Assembly (NCBI GenBank): GCA_040220235.1
Contig: JAVJTO010000157.1
DNA from: Coleofasciculus sp. B1-GNL1-01
GTDB lineage: Bacteria; Cyanobacteriota; Cyanobacteriia; Cyanobacteriales; Coleofasciculaceae
Direction: 5' to 3' (one strand)
Length of the DNA: 64,000 nucleotides
The notes beneath the pieces are model-generated. The model was given only the letters and a program-made list of their open reading frames with translations. It did no database searches and had not been told where the DNA came from. The position numbers and the translations under genes are program-made. Shown here piece by piece: positions 19,151-29,727 of this stretch; positions within the stretch are counted from its first letter, which is position 1, and every line of letters begins with the position of its first letter.

Positions 19151-20317
19151 TCAACTTAACTGGCGAACAAATTTCTCCAATCGATCCATACCCTTTTCAA
19201 TGGATGGCATATCAGTAGCATAGGACAGACGGATACAGTTATCGACACCAAAGGCAATACCGGGAACTGTCGCTACTTTCTCAGCCTCTAAAAGGCGATT
19301 ACAAAACTCCAGGGATTGGAGTCCAGTTTTGCTAATATCGGCAAAGACGTAGAACGCCCCATTGGGTTGAGAACAACGAATTCCCGGAATATTATTCAGG
19401 CGTTCGTATATGACTTGTCGGCGTTTAGCAAAGGCAAGGCGCATTTCTTCTACACAGTCTTGGGGATTTTCCAGGGCTGCGATCGCGCCATACTGGGCAA
19501 AGGTACAAACATTAGAGGTACTGTGGCTTTGAATCGTGGTAACTGCCTTAATTAAATCCACAGCACCCGCTAAATACCCCACACGCCAACCCGTCATCGA
19601 GTAGGCTTTGGCAAACCCATTACTGGTAATCGTGCGATCAAAGATATCTGATCCAATAGCACCAATACTCAAATGTTGAGCGCCATCGTAAAGAATCTTT
19701 TCATAAATTTCATCCGAGACGACTAAAATATCCCGTTCTACAATCACTTGGGCAAGGGCTTTGAGTTCCTCTGGGGTATACACCATCCCGGTGGGGTTCG
19801 AGGGCGAATTGAGGATAAATAGCTTGGTTTGGGGCGTAATCGCCGCCTGGAGTTGCTCTGACGTGATTTTATACCCCGTTGACGCATCCGTTTGCACAAT
19901 GATTGGTGTACCCCCTGCCAGTTTGACCATTTCCGGATAGGAAAGCCAATAGGGGGCGGGAATAATCACGTCATCCCCAGGTTCAATCAGCGCTTGCATT
20001 AAACCAAATAGGGAATGCTTACCGCCATTGGTGACGATGATATTCTCCGGCTGGTACTCTAACCCATTATCTCGGCGCAGTTTATTCGCGATCGCTTGCC
20101 GTAATTTCGGTTCCCCTGCGGCGGGTCCATATTTGGTTTTCCCCTCATCTAGGGCTTTCTTCGCCGCCGCCTTAATATGAGCCGGGGTATCAAAATCCGG
20201 TTCCCCTGCGCTGAAACTACACACATCCAAGCCATCGAGTTTCATCGCCTTGGCTTTGGCGGAAATCGCTAGGGTGAGAGAGGGAGAGACTTGACCAACT
20301 CGTGCTGCTAACTGCAT
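19151..20317 (-). CDS. aspC: class I PLP aminotransferase (aspartate aminotransferase)
   Basis: [43 protein letters not shown]. Confidence 0.92.
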   Translation of the reverse strand: MQLAARVGQVSPSLTLAISAKAKAMKLDGLDVCSFSAGEPDFDTPAHIKAAAKKALDEGKTKYGPAAGEPKLRQAIANKLRRDNGLEYQPENIIVTNGGKHSLFGLMQALIEPGDDVIIPAPYWLSYPEMVKLAGGTPIIVQTDASTGYKITSEQLQAAITPQTKLFILNSPSNPTGMVYTPEELKALAQVIVERDILVVSDEIYEKILYDGAQHLSIGAIGSDIFDRTITSNGFAKAYSMTGWRVGYLAGAVDLIKAVTTIQSHSTSNVCTFAQYGAIAALENPQDCVEEMRLAFAKRRQVIYERLNNIPGIRCSQPNGAFYVFADISKTGLQSLEFCNRLLEAEKVATVPGIAFGVDNCIRLSYATDMPSIEKGMDRLEKFVRQLS

Positions 20318-20784
20318 TTTTACTCAACTTGAACGACTAGACGGTGTGTGAAAAGCACCTGAAAAGCTAGGGTAAGGGCTGGTGTGGGTTGTGGGCGAAA
20401 GGTTCAAAGCATTATAGCGATGTCTCAACCCGCCCTTCCTCTGTGCAGACACCTTTTTCAACACGCTCTGAGGAAATATACTACTTGATCTCCGTCTAAT
20501 TACCTATTTTTCACCCCTCCTCTAGATTAGTTAGGGTTGTTCAACTTAAGAACGGGTAACTTGATCTGATATGACCTATATTGCTATAAAAACGCTCAAA
20601 CTCTAAACAATTGAGTAAACAAGAGGATTTAAATTTGTTAACTTACGTTAACGAAAACTTACAAATTATATCTTTCCTAAATAGATGTATTGTTTTGCAT
20701 GATTTCAGCCACAACAACAGAGAACTTGAATTACTATTTTTATCAATATCAAGATATTGCTGTCACTCGTGAGGATGGTTGTAG

Positions 20785-21177
20785 ATGTTAGACGTAGAAC
20801 GATACTACCGAGTCTTGGATTTAGATTCTAATGCCTCACCCGAGGAAGTCCACCAAGGGTATCTAGACATGACGTGGGTATGGCATCCTGACCGTTTTGT
20901 GGGTCATCCCCGCCTACAACGGAAAGCCCAGCACAAGTTACAAGAACTGAATGAAGCCCATGAATGCTTGCGTTCTCAATCGGCGGCTAAACGTAGACAA
21001 ATGGCTCGTAAGTCAAAATACTCAGCTTCATCACCGCCAGCCCGTCATTCACCATCCCCAAATTTATCCAAATCACCAACCCAACAGAAGCAAAGAAAAC
21101 AGGCTCCGCCAACGGTTAACACCAAGAAACCACCCATTCATTTTAAAGCCAATCCCATCGATGATTGGTTAGATTAA
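20785..21177 (+). CDS. J-domain protein
   Basis: YYRVLDL, WHPDRF, QELNEAH; disordered tail. Confidence 0.88.
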   Translation: MLDVERYYRVLDLDSNASPEEVHQGYLDMTWVWHPDRFVGHPRLQRKAQHKLQELNEAHECLRSQSAAKRRQMARKSKYSASSPPARHSPSPNLSKSPTQQKQRKQAPPTVNTKKPPIHFKANPIDDWLD

Positions 21178-21209
21178 AATTAGGCAACGTGGAACGTCTT
21201 TGAGCTAAC

Positions 21210-21346
21210 TAAGTGGGTGGACACAGTTAAAGTTAACTGTGGTGATCGTCATTCGTCATTCGTCATTCGTCATTCGTCCTTTGTAAGAGTCTGAGGGTTG
21301 TTTACATAACTTAATATATTTGAGTTTATTTACACCAACCTACTTA
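21210..21346. mobile_element. MITE with (GTCATTC)n cargo
   Basis: Ends TAAGTGGGTGG / CCAACCTACTTA; homologous to 26691-26861. Confidence 0.8.
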
Positions 21347-21354
21347 ACAATCAA

Positions 21355-22158
21355 TCAGCTCTGCAAAAGTGCAGCTTCTGGTTGATCGGTGAGTAACTCA
21401 ATAATCTGATCGGTGTAGTCTTGAAACGCCGACAAACGTTTAATTTTCAGCCTACGTCCATCAGAATTATCAGTTACGCGATCGCGCGGTAAATCAATCC
21501 TCACTTCCCCTTGAATTGTACCCGGTTGCGTCGTCAGCACATAAATGCGTTGGGAGAGAAACACCGCTTCCCCTACATCATGGGTAATCATCAAAATTGT
21601 TGTCCCCGTTCGTTGCCATAATTGTAGGAGGAATTGCTGCATGGCTTCGCGAGTTTGCACATCCAAGGCGCCAAAGGGTTCATCCAGGAGTAAAATTTTA
21701 GGCTGACAGGCTAACGCCCGTGCGATCGCGACTCGTTGTTTCATTCCCCCGGAGAGTTCTTTGGGCAGTGCTTTAGCAAACTTTGATAATCCCACAACCT
21801 CTAAATAATAGGATATCTGCTGCCGTCGTTGCGCTTTGGATAGTCCCTGTAACTTTAAACCAAATCCCACATTATTAGCTACCGTCATCCAGGGATAGAG
21901 GGTATAACTTTGAAATACCATCCCTCGATCTGAACCGGGTCCAGTCACTCGCACGCCATCGACACAGATTTCACCTGCCGTTGGTTGATCCAACCCGGCA
22001 ACTAGACGTAATAACGTTGATTTACCCGAACCTGATGCACCCACTACACTCACAAATTCACCCGTTTCAATGTGCATATTGATATCTTTAAGGGCAACTG
22101 TGACATCCTTACGACTGGAGAATTGTTTATAAAGTTGAGAAACAGTTAGTTGGCTCAT
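21355..22158 (-). CDS. NitT/TauT-family ABC transporter ATP-binding protein
   Basis: GASGSGKS, LSGGMKQR, LLLDEPFGALD, ITHD. Confidence 0.95.
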   Translation of the reverse strand: MSQLTVSQLYKQFSSRKDVTVALKDINMHIETGEFVSVVGASGSGKSTLLRLVAGLDQPTAGEICVDGVRVTGPGSDRGMVFQSYTLYPWMTVANNVGFGLKLQGLSKAQRRQQISYYLEVVGLSKFAKALPKELSGGMKQRVAIARALACQPKILLLDEPFGALDVQTREAMQQFLLQLWQRTGTTILMITHDVGEAVFLSQRIYVLTTQPGTIQGEVRIDLPRDRVTDNSDGRRLKIKRLSAFQDYTDQIIELLTDQPEAALLQS

Positions 22159-22185
22159 TAGTCATTTGTCCTTTATAGTTAATCA

Positions 22186-23034
22186 TCAATCTATAGTCCA
22201 TTTACATGATAATCGCAGCAGCAATCTAAATAACAAATCGAACGTTAGACCAATTAGTCCAATAACAATGAGTCCCGCAAAAATTTGATCCGTTCTCAGA
22301 AACCGCTGTGCCACACTAATCCGGCGTCCCAATCCTTCAGTTGCTGCCACTAATTCTGCCACAATCACTAAATTCCAAGAGGCGGCAATATTGACCCGGC
22401 AAGCATCAATGATGCTGGGCAGAATAAAGGGAAAAACAACATTCAGTAAAACTTGATGGCGTTTTCCCCCTAACGTATAAGATGTTTCAATTAACTCCTT
22501 GGGGACAAACTTCACCGAATCCATGACCATCAGTGTATTAAAAAATAAAGTGCCGATAAAAATCAGCAAAATTTTCGGGGTTTCGCCAACACCAAAGTAT
22601 AAAATGAGTAACGGAATAAAGGCTGGCGCAGGCATATATCGCACAATTCCAATAATCGGTTCCATTAACGCCCGAATACTGGCAAATGTTCCCATGAAAG
22701 TTCCCAAGGGAATCGAAATCAAGGCGGCGAGGAGAAACCCACTCAGAACCCGAAACACACTTGCTAAAATATCCTGGCGCAAATCGCCACTTGTCCAAAG
22801 TGACACAATCGCTTGCCAAACATTCTCTGGTGTCGGTAAAAACAGAGGCTCAACCCACCCCGAATGAGAAACCAGCCACCATAACCCCAATGGAATACCG
22901 ATAGACAAAACCATCAATGTCCAAGTTAAGGATTTGGGAATGTCTTCGGCAATACGCCAAAATACCGTAGGTTTCAGTGTATGAGGAGAAGGTGTTACCT
23001 CTCTTGTACACAAATTGTCAGAAGTCCGAATCAT
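22186..23034 (-). CDS. NitT/TauT-family ABC transporter permease
   Basis: FLPTP, RYMPAPAFIPL, EAA-like loop, IVAELV. Confidence 0.94.
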   Translation of the reverse strand: MIRTSDNLCTREVTPSPHTLKPTVFWRIAEDIPKSLTWTLMVLSIGIPLGLWWLVSHSGWVEPLFLPTPENVWQAIVSLWTSGDLRQDILASVFRVLSGFLLAALISIPLGTFMGTFASIRALMEPIIGIVRYMPAPAFIPLLILYFGVGETPKILLIFIGTLFFNTLMVMDSVKFVPKELIETSYTLGGKRHQVLLNVVFPFILPSIIDACRVNIAASWNLVIVAELVAATEGLGRRISVAQRFLRTDQIFAGLIVIGLIGLTFDLLFRLLLRLSCKWTID

Positions 23035-23175
23035 TAAAATTTACCCGAAACGATTGGCTGCAATTCTCTACATCATCTTCTTAGGTTGATACACACCGGG
23101 TTGTTGTGGATAAAGATTCACAATGAATTAGGGCAACCACAATTGTGTACAAGAGCAAATCAGTCCTGAATCGAT

Positions 23176-24201
23176 TCAGTTTTGCTGCTTTTCCGCATAG
23201 GCTTTAACAAAGCGATCATCTAAGAGTTGCCCCAAATCAGGAGCTTGTTCAATCAAACCCGTCTCTACCAAAAATGTACTAATTTCTTCAGCCGCATAAG
23301 GAAGTGATGTCATATCATCTCCTGGTTCAAACGCGGCTAAATTATCTTCAATACTAAAAATAGTAGTGCCAGCATCGTATTCCTTATATTCCTCCTCCGT
23401 CACTCCAGCTCGTTTGGCTAAAATCTGCAAAGACTTTTCCGAATTTTTATCCATAAAATTCAGCGTGTCAAACCACGTATTGACTAAAGCTTGTACCGCT
23501 TCCGGACGTTCCTCAACCATTTGCCGACTTACAACGAGATGATCAGGAATTGCACCAGGAAAGTCTTTTGAACTAAACAACTCTTTACTCCCTGGACGTT
23601 CTAATGCCTTGGTTGTAAACGGCGCAAATATACCGACAGCATCCACCTGTCCGGCAACAAAGGCGGCGGCGGCTGCCCCTGTTTCTAAGGGTTTGATTTC
23701 CACATCATCTGGAGATAATCCAGCTTCTTCTAAACCCAATAGTAAAAGGAAATGATCAACTGTCCCCTCTTCGACGGCAATCGTTTTTCCGGCTAAATCC
23801 TTGACCTCATCAATCCCTTCACGAACAATGATTTTGTCATTTCCGGTTGAATTATCATTCACCAAAACAATAACTTGATCCGAACCAGCGGCAACGGAAC
23901 TAATCGTGTCATTCAAGGTTTGGGTATTAGCATCTAACTGACCTGCGGCTAGGGCATTAATTGAATCCAGATAGCCATCAAACCACTTCAAATCCACTTT
24001 CACATCATTGGCGGTAAAGAGTTGTTCTTCCTCGGCGATTTGCCAGGGAAACCAACCGGGCCACGCACTGAATCCCATCTGAACGGCTGGTGTTGAGGGG
24101 GATTCAGAGGTAGAGACATCAGTAGCAGGAGTACAGCTAACCGCAATCGTTAAACTGACAAAAAATAAGGTAAACCAGGCAACAATAGTCCGAATTTTCA
24201 T
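23176..24201 (-). CDS. NitT/TauT-family substrate-binding lipoprotein (guanidine-binding-like)
   Basis: Lipobox IAVSC, GFSAWPGWFPW, DNSTGND, EEGTVDH, IPDH; ORF-track start 24273 lies inside a REP. Confidence 0.88.
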   Translation of the reverse strand: MKIRTIVAWFTLFFVSLTIAVSCTPATDVSTSESPSTPAVQMGFSAWPGWFPWQIAEEEQLFTANDVKVDLKWFDGYLDSINALAAGQLDANTQTLNDTISSVAAGSDQVIVLVNDNSTGNDKIIVREGIDEVKDLAGKTIAVEEGTVDHFLLLLGLEEAGLSPDDVEIKPLETGAAAAAFVAGQVDAVGIFAPFTTKALERPGSKELFSSKDFPGAIPDHLVVSRQMVEERPEAVQALVNTWFDTLNFMDKNSEKSLQILAKRAGVTEEEYKEYDAGTTIFSIEDNLAAFEPGDDMTSLPYAAEEISTFLVETGLIEQAPDLGQLLDDRFVKAYAEKQQN

Positions 24202-24240
24202 GGTTTTAAACTCCACATTGAATACTTGATCGGGGCGGGT

Positions 24241-24271
24241 GTAGGGTGCGTTAGCGTAAGCGTAACGCACC
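24241..24271. repeat. GTAG-type REP palindrome
   Basis: GTAG-GGTGCGTTA-GCGTAAGCG-TAACGCACC. Confidence 0.8.
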
Positions 24272-24319
24272 ATTTGAAAAGATAATAGTGAAACCCGCCC
24301 CTACACACTCAAAACTTTC

Positions 24320-25879
24320 TTAGTTAACCCGAACTAAGCGTATTTCTGTACGCTGTTGACGAGGATCTGTCGGCGGAATTCCAGGCAGAGGTTGATTAAA
24401 GCCTTTACCTTCTGCGACAAAGTTATGCTTAAGACCACGATTTTTGAGATAGTTCACCACAACTTGGGCGCGTTGTTGACTCAAGGTTTGGTTCAGCGCT
24501 GCTGCCCCTGTTTTCGAGGTATGACCAATCACCCGCACGGCTAAAGTTTGGGGATTAAACTCCTGAATTTCAGTGGCTAACTGATTCAGAGTTTGTTGCC
24601 CTTGATTCGTTAATGTCGCTGAACCCACACCAAATTTAACTTCGCCTCGCACTTCTAAGTTGCCAATATCCGGTGCAGCGGTAATCTGTTGGGCGGAGAC
24701 TTGCGGCACAGCAGCAACGGTTTGCCCCTTCCCAGAAAGTCGGTCTGCCAATTCTGGGTTATCGGCACGCACTAGGCTAATTAAGGTTTCGGTATTATTT
24801 GCCGCTTTGGTGAGAAACTGAGGTGAAAATAAGGTCTGGGGGTTTTGAGGAACATCATTTAATCGACCCGCTAAAACTAATACGGCGGCGGTGGAACCAA
24901 TCCGTTTTTCTAGGATATTATCACTCATCCATTGCTGGGCTTCAGAGGCAGTAAAAAAGTCAATTCCCTGTAAAACGGCACTAGCTTCACTAGAAGATAA
25001 TTCCCCATCTTCTGCGATTTGTGTTTTTAATTGGGAGGGTTCGCGAACATTAGCGTCAATCCGGCGATAGTAGGCTTCCAGTAGTTCTGAAATTTTCTCT
25101 GGTTGAGACTCAATCAAGCGATTGGATGCCACAATCACATCCACAATAGCTTGGGGTGCATCCTGACTGGATAAAACGACAGTATGCCCTTGTTTTTTGG
25201 CTTGGGTGACATAGGGTTCCCAAATCACCGCCACCGCCACATTCTGATTGGGATCTTGTAAAAGTTGCCACGCCTCAGATGCATCAGCGACTTTTTTGAC
25301 TTGAAAATCAGCCAGCTTAAACGCCTCAAACTTGGTACTCAACACCAGCGCCAGGTACTCACTGGGGGTATCGCCCGCAAAGGTGAGGGTTAACTGTCGT
25401 CCTTGCGATCGCTCCTGCTCAACTAATCGCTTAAGATCTAAGAGTGACTTCAGGTTTGGATATTTCTTCGTATTCAGCACAACGGCATCAGCGCCTACCG
25501 TGCGGTCAATCAAGCCAATAATTTGTCCTTCGGGTTGTTGTTGCAGGAACTGATCTAATGTCGTGACTAATAAATCGGCTTTTCCCTGATTCAATAATTC
25601 AGCCCGTCTAGCTTGATCAAACTCATCTTGATAGCGCAGTTTCAGCCCAACCTCTTCTAATGCCTCTTGAAACGGCTGACTGCGAAACGTGCTATAGCCG
25701 CTGAATGTATCTCCCAGAATTCTCAGTTCACCTTTGGCGGCTTTGGTTTGACTCTGACTTGACAGATTAGGAACTAGATCAGGTGCCGCCTTACTCAACA
25801 CCCACAGACCACCTCCAATCAGACCCAAGGTAGCGGCTAAAGCTAAAATCAATACTAGCGGATTATCGCGTTTACTCAT
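24320..25879 (-). CDS. membrane-anchored substrate-binding domain / OmpA C-terminal domain fusion
   Basis: N-terminal TM, PBP2-like DTFSGY, DRTVGADA, WEPY; OmpA motifs GHT, NQTLSQQRA, RRTE-like QRTEI. Confidence 0.88.
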   Translation of the reverse strand: MSKRDNPLVLILALAATLGLIGGGLWVLSKAAPDLVPNLSSQSQTKAAKGELRILGDTFSGYSTFRSQPFQEALEEVGLKLRYQDEFDQARRAELLNQGKADLLVTTLDQFLQQQPEGQIIGLIDRTVGADAVVLNTKKYPNLKSLLDLKRLVEQERSQGRQLTLTFAGDTPSEYLALVLSTKFEAFKLADFQVKKVADASEAWQLLQDPNQNVAVAVIWEPYVTQAKKQGHTVVLSSQDAPQAIVDVIVASNRLIESQPEKISELLEAYYRRIDANVREPSQLKTQIAEDGELSSSEASAVLQGIDFFTASEAQQWMSDNILEKRIGSTAAVLVLAGRLNDVPQNPQTLFSPQFLTKAANNTETLISLVRADNPELADRLSGKGQTVAAVPQVSAQQITAAPDIGNLEVRGEVKFGVGSATLTNQGQQTLNQLATEIQEFNPQTLAVRVIGHTSKTGAAALNQTLSQQRAQVVVNYLKNRGLKHNFVAEGKGFNQPLPGIPPTDPRQQRTEIRLVRVN

Positions 25880-26281
25880 AACCTATAATCGACCTATTCT
25901 ATTTCACTATGCTAGCGGTTGATTTATTGTACTTTATGTAACATTTTGGCGCGGGTTTCTGTAACGTTATGGTTTTTACAGATGTCACCGCATCCATGAA
26001 TCAACCCAGATGCCGTAGGTCTACTCTCACTCACGCTCTCAACCCCCATTGGTTTTTTAGTGGACATCTGCAAGTTTCTCTCTAAATTTTGGCAGATTCA
26101 ATGGGAAAAAGTCAGGAATAAAGCACAGATTAGCTCGGAATAAGTCAGGATCTCACTCAAGATGGCTCAGGTCAATTCAGATAAATGTCATGCGGCTTAA
26201 TCCTAAATCTGGGGAGCAACAAAGGCTTATTTCTGTGACATTCAGATTAAGATAGTTCTACGCTCATTGGAGAATTTTTTC

Positions 26282-26614
26282 ATGAATGCCTATTTCGCTT
26301 TAATTATTTCGATTCTTATCGGTATCGGTGGGCAACTAAGCCTTAAAGCTGGTGCTATGCAGGGTATTGGCAATAAGCTTTTCTTTCTTCAGCCCTACAT
26401 TATTGTGGGATTATCCTCTTATTTCTGTGCTTCCCTTTTCTATATCTTTGCCCTTAGGGAAATCCCTGTTTCTGTGGCTTTTCCTAGCGTTTCAATTAGT
26501 TATGTAGCGGTGGCTTTTTTGGCTCATTTAATTTGGGGAGAACCGTTTGGCATCAGACAGGTTCTTGCCCTAGGGTTAATTGCTCTGGGAATATACACCT
26601 TATCCCAAAAGTAA
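26282..26614 (+). CDS. small 4-TM DMT/SMR-like transporter (ArnE/ArnF-like)
   Basis: GQLSLK, PVSVAFP, WGEP; lacks the SMR TM1 Glu. Confidence 0.8.
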   Translation: MNAYFALIISILIGIGGQLSLKAGAMQGIGNKLFFLQPYIIVGLSSYFCASLFYIFALREIPVSVAFPSVSISYVAVAFLAHLIWGEPFGIRQVLALGLIALGIYTLSQK

Positions 26615-26690
26615 ATTAATCTGGAAAAATCGTTAAAGTCGCACCCAAAGAGCATCACATTGAGTATTTTCGGACTTTTAGCATCAGTTG

Positions 26691-26861
26691 TAAGTAGGTG
26701 GACACAATTAAAGTTAACGGTGGAGATTAGGGAACACCTCGACTTACCTCGACGCCGCTCGGTAACACGCTCGGTGTATAACAGGGAACAGGGAACAGTA
26801 AGGGTTTGAGGCTTGTTTACATAACTTAATCTAGTTAAGTTTATTTCCACCAACCTACTTA
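26691..26861. mobile_element. MITE with nested small repeats
   Basis: Ends TAAGTAGGTGG / CCAACCTACTTA; homologous to 21210-21346. Confidence 0.8.
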
Positions 26862-26965
26862 GTCATTAATTGTGAATACCCAGAAGAGACATTAAACATG
26901 TCCCTAATTACCTGTTCCCCAATCACCAAAAACCTAGATGTAACCCTTTTGGGTGCGAAATACCA

Positions 26966-27475
26966 TTAAATATCGCTTTCGCTCAATTCACGAGTCATGT
27001 AGTCGAATGGCTGATCTACAAATGCCGTATTAGCAACTCCAGTGGCGGCGACTTGTTCTTTCAGGATATCTTTCATAATTTGGATACCACGAACCGTCGG
27101 ACCAATAGGAACCCCCAACGAATTGTAGGTTTCCCGCAAACCTTGCAAGACCCGTTCATCTAGGACATCCATGCTCCCGGCAACCAGTGCATAACTGGCA
27201 TAGCGGAGATAATAGTCCATATCCCGCAGACAAGCGGCATAGCGACGAGTCGTGTAAGCATTACCACCCGGACGAATCAGTTCCGGCACGTCTTCAAAGA
27301 GTTGCGATCCTGCCTGCTTGACAATTGAGGCGGCGTTGGCATTAATCACTGCTGCTGCCATAATTCGGGCTGTACCACTGTCAAAGTAAGATTTGAGTAA
27401 ATCGATCGCATCGCGATCAAGGTAACGACCGCTAATATCGTAGTTTCTAATCAGGCTTGTAATCGCATCCCGCAT
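26966..27475 (-). CDS. apcF: allophycocyanin beta-18 subunit
   Basis: MRDAITSLIRNYD, GGNAYTTRRYAACLRDMDYYLRY, 169 aa, divergent from glnA. Confidence 0.96.
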   Translation of the reverse strand: MRDAITSLIRNYDISGRYLDRDAIDLLKSYFDSGTARIMAAAVINANAASIVKQAGSQLFEDVPELIRPGGNAYTTRRYAACLRDMDYYLRYASYALVAGSMDVLDERVLQGLRETYNSLGVPIGPTVRGIQIMKDILKEQVAATGVANTAFVDQPFDYMTRELSESDI

Positions 27476-27694
27476 GAGTCGGCTCTCCCAATCTATATAT
27501 CTTTATCTATTTATATTGCCAGTTATTGCGACGCTCTCATCAAAAGTCTCTGGAATGAGAATTCCTGCACCATTCTTGAGCATATAAGCTGGACTGCCCA
27601 ACTATTGCTCCCAAAGCAACTTGGCTTATCTAGACTAGAATACGTCATTGTTGAGCGGATTGACAAATAGGGGACGGGCAATCCTTATCATTTT

Positions 27695-27708
27695 GTAATA
27701 TTTAATAC
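27695..27708. promoter_or_regulatory. NtcA box (upstream copy)
   Basis: GTA-ATATTTAA-TAC in a TGTA...TACA context. Confidence 0.55.
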
Positions 27709-27755
27709 AATTTAATCTTTTTCTTAGGACATCAAGGATCAGGAAACGAGATTCT

Positions 27756-27797
27756 GTAACTTTGGATACAAAAGCTCCCTCTCCCTCTCCCTAGGAT
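27756..27797 (+). promoter_or_regulatory. canonical NtcA-activated promoter of glnA
   Basis: GTA-ACTTTGGA-TAC (27756-27769), 22-nt spacer, TAGGAT -10 (27792-27797). Confidence 0.82.
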
Positions 27798-28172
27798 GAG
27801 TCAGATGACCAGGAGACAGGTTTCAAGTCCAATCAGGTTGTTGAGGTAAACCTGAGATGGTACGATAACGGCTCCCAGGCTTAGGGAGAAAGTTCGCACC
27901 CAACCAACTGTATCTTGTCTCGTTTCTCACACGCCGGGGGCAAGCTGATCGGGTCTACCCGTGTTTCCATCTCCTGCCATGATCAACCGTATCGTTTTCT
28001 CATCTCATGTCTAGTTGGTTTGTGCGACATTTAATTCCCAAGTTCCCCTGTAGTCCTAAGCGTCAGGTTTAGGACAGGCATCACCGTCTGTTGAGGTCGG
28101 TGAGACCTGTAACTACCCCACCGTTATTTGAACTTTTCTAAACAATAGTCCACTTGACAAAAGGAGTCATTC

Positions 28173-29594
28173 ATGCCAGAAACGCCCCAAGATGTCTTGA
28201 AACTGATTCAAGAGGAAGACATTAAGATTATTGACCTCAAATTCATTGATATGCCAGGGATCTGGCAGCACTGCTCGTTTTACTATGATCAAATTGACGA
28301 AAGTGCTTTTGAAGATGGGGTAGCTTTTGACGGGTCAAGTATTCGCGGTTGGAAATCCATTAACGAGTCCGACATGGCAATGGTGCCCGATCCGAAAACG
28401 GCTTGGATCGACCCATTCATGCAAGAAAAAACCCTGAGCATGATCTGCTCAATCAAGGAACCCCGCACGGGTGAATGGTACGACCGCGATCCCCGCACGA
28501 TCGCTCAGAAAGCACTGGACTTTTTGAAGTCCACAGGAATTGGCGATATTGCCTTTTTTGGTCCGGAAGCGGAGTTCTTTATCTTCGACGATGTTCGCTT
28601 TGATCAAACCGAGAGCAAAGGCTTCTACTATGTAGACAGCGTGGAAGGGCGTTGGAATTCCGGACGGGAAGAAGCTGGCGGTAACCTAGGATACAAGCCT
28701 CGTTACAAAGAAGGGTATTTCCCCGTTTCACCTACGGATACGCTGCAAGATATGCGTACCGAAATGCTGCTGACCATGGGTCGGTGTGGGGTGCCGATTG
28801 AAAAGCATCACCACGAAGTTGCGTCAGGGGGACAGAACGAACTTGGTGTCCGTTTTGCGCCTATCGTTGAAGCGGGTGACTTCTTGATGACGTACAAATA
28901 TGTGATTAAAAACGTTGCCAAGAAGTATGGCAAAACTGCCACATTTATGCCCAAGCCAATCTTCAACGACAATGGTTCAGGGATGCACACCCACCAGTCG
29001 ATTTGGAAGGATGGGAAACCTCTGTTCTTCGGCGATGGCTACGCGAAGTTAAGCAAGATGGCGCTGCACTATATTGGCGGTTTGCTCAGACACGCCCCCG
29101 CTTTGTTAGCCTTAACCAACCCAACCACCAACTCCTACAAGCGTTTGGTGCCAGGGTTTGAAGCGCCTGTAAACTTGGCTTACTCCCAAGGAAACCGTTC
29201 CGCCTCCATCCGGATTCCTCTGTCTGGTGACAATCCCAAGGCGAAGCGGATGGAATTCCGTTGTCCTGATGCAACCTGTAATCCTTATATTGCTTTTGCT
29301 GCAATGTTGTGTGCAGGTTTGGATGGGATTAAGAATGAAATTGAGCCGGGCGAACCGTTGGATGTGGATATCTATGACCTCTCACCCGAGGAATTGAGCA
29401 AAATCCCATCAACTCCTGGTTCTCTGGAAGCTGCTTTAGAGCATTTGGAGAAGGATCATAGTTTCTTGACCAGTACAGGTGTATTCACCGAAGACTTTAT
29501 CGACAACTGGATTGCTTACAAACTCGACAATGAGATCAACCCGATGCGGTTGCGTCCTCATCCCTATGAGTTTTCCCTCTACTATGATGTCTAG
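28173..29594 (+). CDS. glnA: glutamine synthetase type I
   Basis: [49 protein letters not shown]. Confidence 0.99.
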   Translation: MPETPQDVLKLIQEEDIKIIDLKFIDMPGIWQHCSFYYDQIDESAFEDGVAFDGSSIRGWKSINESDMAMVPDPKTAWIDPFMQEKTLSMICSIKEPRTGEWYDRDPRTIAQKALDFLKSTGIGDIAFFGPEAEFFIFDDVRFDQTESKGFYYVDSVEGRWNSGREEAGGNLGYKPRYKEGYFPVSPTDTLQDMRTEMLLTMGRCGVPIEKHHHEVASGGQNELGVRFAPIVEAGDFLMTYKYVIKNVAKKYGKTATFMPKPIFNDNGSGMHTHQSIWKDGKPLFFGDGYAKLSKMALHYIGGLLRHAPALLALTNPTTNSYKRLVPGFEAPVNLAYSQGNRSASIRIPLSGDNPKAKRMEFRCPDATCNPYIAFAAMLCAGLDGIKNEIEPGEPLDVDIYDLSPEELSKIPSTPGSLEAALEHLEKDHSFLTSTGVFTEDFIDNWIAYKLDNEINPMRLRPHPYEFSLYYDV

Positions 29595-29618
29595 TCTCAA
29601 CCGCTAGCACAACATGAC

Positions 29619-29648
29619 AAAAAAAGCCATCCCTAGGGGTGGCTTTTT
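29619..29648 (+). terminator. intrinsic terminator after glnA
   Basis: AAAAAGCCATCC-CTAG-GGGTGGCTTTTT hairpin with U tract. Confidence 0.85.
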
Positions 29649-29727
29649 GATTAACTGGCTGGGGGAAGCAAAGGGAATTTTTATGTTTGTTAGCATTTAA
29701 ACAGTAAATTTACAAAAAAACATACAA

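Noticed and set aside
24202..24273. N-terminal extension MVRYAYANAPY of the binding protein
   Set aside because: Encoded by a REP palindrome; the signal peptide begins at 24201
25929..25942. NtcA site upstream of the OmpA fusion
   Set aside because: GTA-N8-AAC is imperfect and has no -10 at the expected spacing
26282..26614. Gdx/SugE guanidinium exporter
   Set aside because: Lacks the TM1 Glu and Gdx motifs; resembles the ArnE/F-like DMT group
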